64,000 nucleotides of DNA from Selaginella moellendorffii (taxonomy: Eukaryota; Plantae; Lycopodiophyta), in assembly GCF_000143415.4 (NCBI RefSeq), contig NW_003314280.1, positions 1,364,894 to 1,428,893 on the forward strand. Direction: 5' to 3'. The position numbers and the translations under genes are program-made. Shown here piece by piece: positions 25,201 through 34,517 of the stretch. Each line of letters opens with the position of its first letter. Position 1 is the first letter of the stretch. Under the pieces are notes generated by a model. It was not told the DNA's origin. It ran no database searches and worked only from the letters and a program-made list of their open reading frames with translations.

Positions 25201-25305
25201 TTGACAGTGTATAACAAAGTTCCGATCCATAGACACAAGGGTCCCTTTTGCAACTCTCTTCCCACCATTCAAAATGTAAACCTTTTCCCCAACCCTGAAG
25301 GCCAT
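22237..25305 (-). CDS. Sola1-like (DUF7869-type) DDD transposase, 1022 aa, uninterrupted
   Basis: Motifs HDKMDQKK, LLLQTDNAGSENKN and FLMVGHTHEDVDAMFS; Cys clusters CCKRRC, VCMKAW and SKCDEC; lies inside TIRs with a 4-bp TSD. Superfamily assignment is from recalled motifs. Confidence 0.8.
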   Translation of the reverse strand: MAFRVGEKVYILNGGKRVAKGTLVSMDRNFVIHCQRLGEGNAAVSVETVFDGNVVAIDRGEMVVGVNVVVALKNLQKKADVGDSANATHVPSVDLKNRATWIQAKVFLNNPEGEVVAKGLATVVDPRDAVANQELGWDDIGVAILEVVDTEENSLTIGSIVRWKLRHLVFENVKDSQSNTTTTDDRTSLHGKRKYTFLQRSQRDLSNEPKRQKMAMEVRMVSTVACCKRRCCQHADWDAIEEERARYKTLSWKAARNFVYEALRSSVDASEHQVGGMVFQRGLVCMKAWRIIYGVPRSTFYRIKTEFEEQRVQQAVHGNDGTHKTRGHVVYGEAIFKRFVETCSEQQPHKTRLLEDGTRDTQRVLPSMYTKGAILEDVNRELQSNGYRKLSQSRFSRLWSNRFRDVSIGKYSSFSKCDECTAIKMALSKNSCSAQERETLVRRRLDHNIEQRSCRTAYYHNRILSMERPDSYLCIIHDKMDQKKTCLPRLNPAPKAISSSMQLPVSLFGIIAHGHGAQNYGNFFVPLWGGGGANMMIASLAKHLRSLQSAQTELNSQPLHKALVDRTPYRVQLEEEQRLAVSRGAPCHPSEYVGRQIVGLSREASCHSDEAGRPVNAQPHPNEAESQGSSCGRCGLPPHLLLQTDNAGSENKNMYVFAYLAMLVAKGIFETVTLGFLMVGHTHEDVDAMFSHLAESLRRSNVLTLPQLYDEFQNCIKGTVEAALVTEVPDFKGFVRGYIRDGSETLIGHSKPLQFHFSMRDGAPVMRYKMREWDTVWLPVDGIELFKRDPITGEPMIPQGSPRPMHPDGLKDQESIVAGIRQHIAFWKRGLVFGGESYFKRCKPLLEYWEKIISAIQNGLVVYEELEESFWPEPRAPDSSGTMSSGNAVTDNDVEDHYCGPRNKKPDSAFNPVQVCKGMVVLVRPSNKKQMIWVGRCITDAEEDAETNSFNVTVEWFKPSSGYTKDCLEKRWVLNPRDPSMSISVDNVVHGWMRKQSATITLPNHARDAARAFITRVQGEIH

Positions 25306-25484
25306 TCTGAAAGTGCAGAAAAGAAGTTAAGACCATACAAAAAATGATTGGAGAATGGCCTAAATCATAACATACCAAATAACATGAGGCCACATGCCAT
25401 TATTCAAACATGCTATTGACACCCACGTGAAATTTCGCATTCACAAAATTGGCATGAGCCCTCATGCCATTAGTGGTACCACTA

Positions 25485-25676
25485 ATGGCATGAGGCCTCA
25501 CGCTATCTTTGGCCCCTGCTAGCCTGTTGCTATATTCCTTTTGCCTTGTTGCAACTGTATATATTTTTGTGTGCGTGACTAGTCACCCATACAAAAATAT
25601 ATACAGCTGCAGCAAGGCAAAACGAATATGGCAATAGGCTAGTAGGGGCCAAAGATAGCATGAGGCCTCATGCCAT
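25485..25676. repeat. ~190-bp fold-back inverted repeat
   Basis: Arms pair around the centre GTGACTAGTCAC (25576-25587) with few mismatches. Confidence 0.9.
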
Positions 25677-26809
25677 CTTGATATACACACAGCTGCAGGC
25701 AAGTAAAAACATACATGACAATACGCTAGCCATGAAATTGCAAGGGCCCAAGATGGCATGTGGCCTCATGCCATTTCTAAATGTGGTCCTAAACCATTCC
25801 ATGGTGAACATACCAGGAAGCATAAGTGCCGAATATCAAGAGGAAGCGGTAGCCACACCAAAGACAGTGCCGCTCGCAACACCGCAACTACTCGTAGCAC
25901 CGCTCGCAACACCGCAACTGCTCGTAGCGCCGCTCGCACAAACTGCCACTCGCATAAACTGCCGCTCGCAATGGCGCTCGCAATGGCACTCGCAATGCCG
26001 CAACCGCTTGTAGACGCATAAACCACAGCTCACAACGCCGCTTACACAAGCATCGCTCACTGCGCTCAGCGGAACCAAGAACACGGCGCACAAAAATGAT
26101 AGACCTAGGAATGAGTTCGAGAATTCAAAAATAACACACGCTTGAACGTCACATCAAATCCTCTGACAAACCAGATCTTATGATTCCTCTGACAAATTTC
26201 AAACTGAGTAGCTTCTAGACTTTGCTGTCGGAGGTTGAACTTTGTCACATCATGTCCTTGCCTCGATCCAACTGTGCCATGTCAGTGATTCGAACTTTGC
26301 CATGCCATGTCAGCGATCCGCGCCAAGATTATTCGCCGTGTAAAGGAATAATTATGCTGTGTGTGTACGTCCATTTATGGCAATATAAGGCCACATGCCA
26401 TTCAAAGAATAATGCTAGTCGAGCATTTTTTGGTGCATTTTTGGGTTCAAAATTGCATGAGCCCACACGCTATAAAGTTTACCTGTACCAAAAATAGAAA
26501 CAGCTTTATTTACTTGGGAATTTAAGTGATTGAGGCATTTTTAAACTTACAAACAAATGCCCTACTTACATTCCTTTGGTTGCTTAAAATTCAAAAATAT
26601 TATAAACCTTTCTTTTTGCATTTTCAATGTTTTCAATTATGGTTTTTGATTTTCGCAGGACTAGCCTAGTAATCTATTTGCATCCCGTCATGTTTATAGC
26701 TAGCTTTCGTTTGTCCCCTTCGCTAGCCTGAGATACATCTGCTCGGCATCTGCCTCTTACAGCATTTGCCCAGAAAGGGCATCTTTCTTCACGCAGCATT
26801 TGCCACATG

Positions 26810-26841
26810 TTTAGGGTTAGGGTTTAGGGTTTAGGGTTTAG
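26810..26841 (+). repeat. Interstitial plant telomere repeat
   Basis: TTTAGGG TTAGGG TTTAGGG TTTAGGG TTTAG. Confidence 0.9.
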
Positions 26842-28054
26842 CAATTCAGTAGCTTGATAAACATGCAAATACAGAACTTGATGCAAAATCCTTTGATATG
26901 TCACAATGCCCCTAGGACCATAAACACATTTTAATAGAGAGGGTCCTTTCATTTCATAACTCCTTACGTAGATCTTGGTGAAACCAGAGTTAGTGAAGTT
27001 GGTTTCTTGTGATCCCGCATCTGATTGTGATGTCCCTTTCCAGTGTCGATGGAAAGGTCAATGCACACCAAACTGTAGAATCTTGGAGCAAAATAACGGT
27101 CGGATCTATGGCAAATGCCCCTGAAACATTGTAAGGCTCGTGTGGTCTCATGTGGTGTCCGATCGAGATGCTTCTTTGCAGGGTCATCAACAAGGACATT
27201 GTATACCATTCTGTAAAATCTGGTTGCGATCTAACGGTTGGATCTCCAGGAAACTCAAAACAATCTCGCGCGTGTCAGAATATTCTAGGAATATACTCCT
27301 ATGTGCTCCTGAAAATGGCATGCGGCCCCACGCCATTCAAGAGATAACGCCAGATGACGCCGAGCATTTTTTGGTGCATTTTTTGGGATCAAAATTGCAT
27401 GAGCCCACATGCTTGAACGTCACATCAAATCCTCTGACAATTTATTTAGCTGAACATCTGGCATTTTTGGAAATACAAGATGCTTTGGAATATCCAATCA
27501 TGCATGGTATAAATATAGCGAGGGTATTAAATGATATCCCAATCATGATCTTTCTTTTGGATTTCGCGTGCATGCAGTCAGAGGAATGATGACGTTGCGG
27601 ATTTCTTTTGGATTTCACGCATGCGCGCGCCGATCCAGAAATTAATGGTGGCGCCCAAGTCCGAGAAATGATGACGTGGCGGGATTACCAACCGTCGTGA
27701 CATTTCGCGCGTGTGAGGTTAGGTTTTGCATTTTGCTTCGTACTCGCGCTCGCACACTCGCGCTCGCATCGCGCTCCCACTTCTCTACAGGTTTCTCGTG
27801 TGCATCGGCGTCCACTCGCGCTTGCATCGCGCTCGTGTGCATCGGCGTCCACTTCAAGACACACCCAGTTTGTAACTTCGCCGCCAACTCCGCCGCCCAC
27901 TTCGCCACCCATACGCAGCCCACTTGGCGTCCCGGGAGATTTCAGCGCCACTCTCCAACTGTAAGTGGCAGAGTAGCCTTGCTGCTACGATCCGCTGCAC
28001 ACACAGTGCACATTCGCCAGCGAGTCCGGTTGTCACGCCTCCATTCGGCTTCAA

Positions 28055-31000
28055 ATGGTAAGTCTTTTAGGCCAAGTAGAAAATGGCATGAGGCCACATG
28101 CCATTCAGTAGCAACATTGGCATGCACCGATTAGGCTCTCGAGTGCAGTCCGGTTACAGATGGCGTGTAGCCTCACGCCATCTTAGGATGCAGCCTCAAG
28201 ACATCTGATGCAGTGGTGAATGGCGTGTGGCCTCACGTTATTTCCAGCTACTAGTTTTTCATCTGTCAGCTCTAATTGTTGTGCATTTCTGAACAGGCGA
28301 GGAATTGCGTTCTTCTTCCAGCCACTGTCAATGTGGATGCAGAGAAGGGGGAGGAGCTCACCAGTTGGACTTTTGGGATGGAAGGCGAGGATCTGAGGCT
28401 GTACAACACAGATGGTGGGAGAAAAGAATGCATGGGGATCCTCATCCAAGTGACAGACACTCCATGCAGTTCCATGCAAGAATATGGACTGGCACTTGTG
28501 GTAGAGACAGCGTCTGCCTTCAAGATCCACCTTGCACATCCTAGCGGCTTCCCGGAGGGGGGCAGCGGCTATGAGGAATTCCTAGAGGGAGCTAGGGAGA
28601 GGTTGTCCAGGAGGCCCACAATTTCAAAGATGCTGCGGGTCTATGAAGATCACATGGAATCTACGGACCTCACCTACGGCGATGTTCAAAAACTATATTC
28701 CAACATTGAGCCGTTGAGAGTGACTCCAGTTCGCGAAGCAAAGGGGAAGGGGGTCGATCTGGAAACTACCTCGAAGCAGAAAAGGGTGGTCAAGCTCAAG
28801 CCGACGTTCGACTCTCCTGCTCCAAAAAAGAAGCTACTCAGTGATGCCATTGCCTCGGGTTCGAACACTACACCCACCAAAAAGAAGAGCCGCAAAGAGC
28901 AGAAAGAGCAAGAAGAGGCAGCAAAAATCGTCGCAGATAATAGTACTTGTTACTATTCCAACAAAGTATATACAATCGACGTGAGCCGTATCGACATCCA
29001 AAGCAAATACAACCACAGGCTAGTATCTGATGAGTGGGTGGAGAAACTGAAGCAGAAGATGCTGGCAAGTCCAGTAACACCCGACATCGCAGACGTGATC
29101 CCCTACTACCGAACAATGAAGGGCGAGACGAGGTTTCCAGACTTGATCAATAGGAAGGTGTTGGACGATCAGAACATCCGGTTCTATGCCGTCTCCGGGC
29201 AGCATTCTAGCTTGGCGATGCAAGAGATAGTTGTGGATATTATGGTGGGCGAGGAGGTGAAGAAAGTCTTCAAGACAAGAGTTGTCCGCCTGATAAAAGG
29301 CAACTCGCCCCTCCGATCTATCATATACATCTCCCATGCGCAGAATGTCAAGCAAGAAACGTGCTACAAATCGGGTCTGCACGAGACATTGGCACGAACA
29401 CGGAAGCTCTGGGTTCAACTGAAGAAGCCACAAAAACCAGGACAAGGACGTGCACTAGCAACTAGCGCCTAGCAGGTAAGCCTCGTTGCATGTGGCATAG
29501 CATGTGGCCTCACGCCATTTCCATTGCAGGAATTCTCGAGTCTTCTCTCGAAAACACTGGGGGTCAATGACACACTCAGCATCCATAACATTCTACTCGC
29601 GACAAAAGTTGTTTTTGACAAATGGGTAGATGTGCTGAGGAGGTACCATGACGGGGAGTTGCCAAACTCAATGGGTGTGGAGGACGGTCGGAAGCCCAAT
29701 GATTTGAAGCTCAACGCCTTGCGTTTCTCGCGGTCTCTAGACGACGACGACCTTCTGACAGTGGCTAATGCTCTTCTACGTGGTGAGGTAGTCTTCAACA
29801 AGACCAAAATGACTCCCGGCCATATTGTGACATACGAGGACTTGTGCATGACTCTGAGAGCTCGTGCGCTATTGAAGGATTGGATCTTCGAGCAAGTGGC
29901 CGTGGAGAGGGTGAGCATCGACACCACGCAAGAGATGATGGAAGCGCTGGAGTTGTCAAATGAAGACATCGACGAGTACGTGAAGGGGGCCCCCAAGTTC
30001 ATCGATCTGCTGCGGGATGCCACGAAAAGTAAAGCTGAGAAGTTGGATCAGTATCCAAATTTCATTAAGATTGATGTCGACCGTCGGCTTCAGAAACAGC
30101 TCGACCCCGCAGCAGAGGCCTATCGAGAACCTTACCGGGTATACTTGAATTCGGATGAGGATCAAAGGTGGAGGAGCATCGTTTCCCACGGAGATGAGCA
30201 GGTCAAGAACATCTTTTGTGTGATGGACTTCACAAACGAGGAGATCACTCATGCAGACGAAGTCAGCTCCATCATTGACTTGATGGTGGGACTTGCAGAG
30301 GTGGAATCTTCAGTCCACTATATGATCTACGACTCCGAATCCTATCACAAGTTCTGAAAGGCCTTGAACGAGGTGAAGGCTCGGTTGAAAGGCAAGGAGA
30401 TGCGGGAGATCCATGGGATAATGGCTAAGAAGAAGATACCGACGAATGTCCACATCTTCACACTCGCCCTTGTTATTGGTCCTGCAACAGAGTGGGACTG
30501 GAGTGACTTCCCAGCTTCGTTCGACAAGGCCAATCGAATTGATCTGAGGGAGGTCAATTTACCCGTGCCTGAGGAACTGAAGACGGCTATGGAGCTTTCC
30601 AATCCAAAGAAAGCTCCAGGTACAGCATGGGAAATGCTCAGCTGGGTCTTCAACGCAATAGCGGGTGGGTCACCTGCTTCCGACTCCAAGGGCAAATGCG
30701 TTGTCGAGTACAACTGCGGCGGACTATTCTTTCGAGCCGCACTACTCAAGGGTGTCCCGTGTGTTGCTGTGACAAACTCCATTGAAGAGGTGACTTCAAT
30801 GGAGCATATAATTACAGTTGCCAAAGAAAAACAGTATCTTCTCTGCGAACCTGGTGAGTACACACTTTAAGTTTAAATGTTATCTCACAAGCTCTGTATG
30901 CAGGAGCGTGGCCACCCCCAGATGCTGAAACGGCGTTAACAGCTAATGTTGAAGATACCCATGTTGGGCCGAGCTCACAACCTGCACAAGGTAAGGTCAC

Positions 31001-32750
31001 GTGAGGCCTCACGCCATTTTGATTATAGATCGTTGTGAATATTCAGACACGAGGACTGAAAAGCGCACTGGTGGCGCATCGAAGAAGGACAAACAGACAA
31101 GCAATAGGAAAAAAGGAGGTACAAATTATATTTGCAATGGCGTGTGGTCTCATGCCATTCCTTGCAGGAGAAACTTCTTCAAAGGCAAAACAAGCAAGCA
31201 CCAGCCAAGCTCAAACTGACAATGGTCATAAAAAGCGAAAGCACGTTGGACAGTCGTCGAGATCAGAGGCGTTTGATTCGAAAAGGAAGAAGGGCAACGA
31301 AAAGATGATAGGTAATGCCTCGCGGTTATGGCGTGTGTGCTCATGCCATTCATTGCAGATCAAGGGCTGAGTGAAAGCAGGCAGTCACCACCTCATGACT
31401 CAGATTCCTATGGCGGACTCCCCTTCCCCAATCTCAATGGAGAGGTACAATGGATGAGGGATGCTTTTCAAGTCAGGGCCACGTTTTTCTCATCTTGTCG
31501 TCTTCGAAGGGTGCAAGAACGTGCAGAAACCATGTTAAGACAGTCGGGTGAGGATACGGTCCTAGGTCACGCACTAAAACAGGCTATGGATGTCTTGTAT
31601 TTTGAGATGGAGACTCGGCCAGATGATTTTCCCAAGATGGTCCTGGAAGAACAAGCCATCCAGCCTGAGCAGCCTATGGAAGAAATGCAGGAGGGGGATG
31701 AGGAGCCAGAGAAAGATAATGAGCAGGAAGAGCAGAAGGACGAAGAGGAGGACAAAGAAGAGGAGGACGAAGAGGACTTGAATGGTCCTCACAATGGTGA
31801 CGATCACAATAACGACGACGACGATGATGACGACGATGGCCAGCCTGAGGTGGCCAAAGAGCAGCGGAGGAAGGTCATACAAGACAAACCATCAGGTAAA
31901 TAATAGTACATCCATTCCTAACCTTTTACCATTTCTAACATTGTCCATGTAGGTCGCAGAGCAAATGGTAAGTAGAGATTATTCAGTTGAATTTACAAAC
32001 TCTAGCCTTTAGTGTCGAGGAAGGATAGTGCCAAGCAAGGGTCGAAACGTATGTCCAATCCTTCAGAATCAGCAGTGCGCCCAAGTGATATCGGTCCTAG
32101 TTCCTCAATAGCAGTTGATGGTAAATACAGTATAGTCTATTCAATGTGCTAATGAGTTTGTTTTTAGTAGCACGGGAGGATACCATCTCAATCGAAGGGA
32201 GATATTTGGACATGCATATGGATCCGCCAGTGGACTCTACTTGGCTGCAAGAGTCATCAGAGCTGGTGGAGGCTACTATCCATATCAACGCCAAGCAAGC
32301 TGACCACGCTCCACTTGATGCTGCCCATACCACTGAGTCAATCTTGTCCACGTATCCAACTGACGGTGACCAGGCGCCATTGGACCCACATGAGGCCGCC
32401 CCAGCCGCCGAGCCGGTCGTATCCTCATTTCCAACGGACTCAACGTGTGCCCAATCGTCTGACTACGCGCCGTTGGAACCTCCCTACACCGCCCCTGCTG
32501 CCTGTTCGGTCATGTCCACTTTGCCAACGGAGGCACCAGCTGAAATGGCGTGTGATCACACGCCATCGGAACCACCCCATGCCACTGTTGAGCCAGTTGT
32601 ACCAGAGTCTACAGCTGAAATGGCATGTGCCCACACGCCATCGGATGCGATTGACCCCACATTGCAGAGGAGAGTATTTCCGCCCTTCACGTTTCCTCGA
32701 CCAAAACCTTCTCAACGACCATCGGGAGCAACATTCGCTAATATTGTAGA
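28055..32750 (+). pseudogene. Multi-exon transposon cargo gene (ParB/Srx-like, methyltransferase-like, acidic and Pro-rich regions); two in-frame stops in this copy
   Basis: ORFs 28276, 29524, 30364, 31328 and 32146 join via GT-AG introns (e.g. 29476-29529, 30854-30903, 30991-31028), mostly phase 1; stops at 29470-29472 and 30355-30357. The start codon is inferred. Confidence 0.7.
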
Positions 32751-32777
32751 TGCTAAAATTGACTTGTACCATTTTTT

Positions 32778-33662
32778 ATGCTGACGCATTTCATTTCAGA
32801 GTCACGGCGAAGGTACTGTATCGTTTTTGATCTGAACGGTGTCCTTTTCTCCCATGAGCGTGGCTCATCCTCGAATGTCATTGCACCCTCCAAAGCCTGC
32901 GGTCGCAAGTTGGTCAAAAGAGACAGATTCACATTAATCACACGGGAGAAACTGTGGGATCTAATAATGACCATGCGACACTTAAAACAGAGGGCCGGGT
33001 TCAATTTGCAATTGGGAGTTTGGACATCCATGATGCGCCACAATGCATTAACGTTGCTACAGATGATGCACGATCAGACGCGAGTAATATTACCATTTGA
33101 CTTTCTCCTAACGCAGGAGGATTGCTTGACTATGGTCCATGTGAGGGGTAGCAAGCCCATCTTCGTCAAGCCAGAGGCTGTAGTGATGAACCGGACTGCT
33201 AGCTCAAGTGAAATCCTCATCATCGATGACTCGCCTATTAAAACTGCAGCGAACACGCACACATATGCAGTGCACCCCATCTCTTGCAATATGGAAACTA
33301 GGGAGAAGAAACCGTATGTTCTGGGGGACCTTGCAAAACGGCTTGGAGCGATGGTGATAGAGAACCGGCCAGTCCAGGAGGTGGCTGCAGAAATCAACCA
33401 AATGGCAGATGGAACGGTATATCAGAAGCCATTTGATCGGACAGACACCAGTCATCATTTATGGCATGTATATTGTCTAGCCAAGCACTATCCGCATCTC
33501 CATAATCTGCTCAACCGGATGGGTTCTTCGACCACTGAACATGAGCGTGGACGTATTAGAGAAGAGATGGCATTACTATTGGGTTTAAATCCTGATAGTG
33601 TGGAGAGTGATGAAATTCCAAGATTATTGTATAGGCGTTGGAGGCAAAAAATAACAGTCTGA
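32778..33662 (+). CDS. NIF/FCP1-like HAD phosphatase domain (possibly the last exon of the cargo gene)
   Basis: IVFDLNGVL, LGVWTSMMRHN, LLTQEDC, KPIFVK and ILIIDDSPIKTAAN motifs. Confidence 0.8.
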   Translation: MLTHFISESRRRYCIVFDLNGVLFSHERGSSSNVIAPSKACGRKLVKRDRFTLITREKLWDLIMTMRHLKQRAGFNLQLGVWTSMMRHNALTLLQMMHDQTRVILPFDFLLTQEDCLTMVHVRGSKPIFVKPEAVVMNRTASSSEILIIDDSPIKTAANTHTYAVHPISCNMETREKKPYVLGDLAKRLGAMVIENRPVQEVAAEINQMADGTVYQKPFDRTDTSHHLWHVYCLAKHYPHLHNLLNRMGSSTTEHERGRIREEMALLLGLNPDSVESDEIPRLLYRRWRQKITV

Positions 33663-34135
33663 GATGGCATGTATTTATTTAAAAATGTAACTTATTATGG
33701 CATGGGGTTCCATGCCATTGTATTAATATTAAAAGACAATTCTTTGAGAGGATTTGCATTATACTAGAAGTGTTACAGTATGTTATTGGAAGTCTACGAA
33801 GTTGTTTTATTAATAAGGGGAAAGTAAAGATTGAATGGGGACTTGGGCTCCACCTAGACCCGGAGCAACTGAGCCAATATTAAAAGGATGGAAAGAAATT
33901 GGACGACGATGACAAGGAGAAGAGAGAGGTGAAGCAGTGGCAGGGGGAGGAGAAGTGATTGAGTAGACATTTCCTTGTTTAAAATAAAATGGCATGTGCC
34001 TCAATGCAATTGAATTTTGTTATATTTATATACTATATAAAGGTTTGGAAACCTTATTTTACAAGTGGGATAATGACAATTCCCACTTTAACGAAATAGA
34101 GCTTTAAATGAATTGATCTTGAGTTCCTTAAGCAG

Positions 34136-34517
34136 GTTCGCGGGGCCATACGAGATTGAGGCACGAATTGGTAAAGTGGCTTACCAACTCCGACTTCCTC
34201 GAGAGATGGGGAAGATGCACCCAGTGTTCCACGTGAACTTACTCAAGCCGTACTTTGAGGATCCGCTTCGCAAGGACCAAGTGAGACCTTTACCTGAGGT
34301 TATCCAAAGGGAAGAGGAATACGAAGTCGAGGCCATCCTCAATGCGCGCAAGAGCAAGCGACAAGGACGCGAGGTGAGAGAGTTCCATGTGAAGTGGAAA
34401 GGATTTCCACACTGCGAAGCAACATGGGAACCGGAGGAGAACCTAGCGAATGCGCGAGATCTAGTGGAGGAATTTCTGCAAGGCAGAACTCTATGTACTT
34501 ATGCAAAGTTCAATTAA
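34136..34517 (+). CDS. pol: Integrase C-terminus (GPY/F) and chromodomain
   Basis: FAGPYEI, VAYQLRLP, HPVFHVNLLKPY, EYEVEAIL...FHVKWKGFPHCEATWEPEENL. Confidence 0.95.

Larger units (their letters stand above)
21785..34010. repeat. Dispersed 22-bp palindrome ATGGCRTG-N6-CAYGCCAT (about two dozen copies)
   Basis: Copies start at about 21785, 22090, 23485, 23542, 25379, 25449, 25485, 25655, 25753, 26452, 27315, 27394, 28083, 28160, 28220, 29497, 30996, 31137, 31328, 32545, 32620, 33697 and 33989, plus half-sites. Confidence 0.95.
21559..34104. mobile_element. 12,546-bp TIR DNA transposon (Sola-like) with cargo gene
   Basis: Perfect 24-bp TIRs AAGCTCTATTTCGTTAAAGTGGGA (21559-21582 and 34081-34104); 4-bp TSD TAAA (21555-21558 and 34105-34108); encodes a DDD transposase. 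Confidence 0.92.
21534..34135 (+). other. Second integrase intron (52 nt when empty), now containing the 12.5 kb DNA transposon
   Basis: GTAAAG at 21534 and TAAGCAG ending at 34135; removal joins KLTQR-FAGPYEI in frame. Confidence 0.88.

Noticed and set aside
21785-34010. Palindromic repeats read as a CRISPR array or bacterial REP elements
   Set aside because: Spacing is irregular, there are no unique equal-length spacers and no cas or RAYT gene, and the context is eukaryotic and intron-containing.
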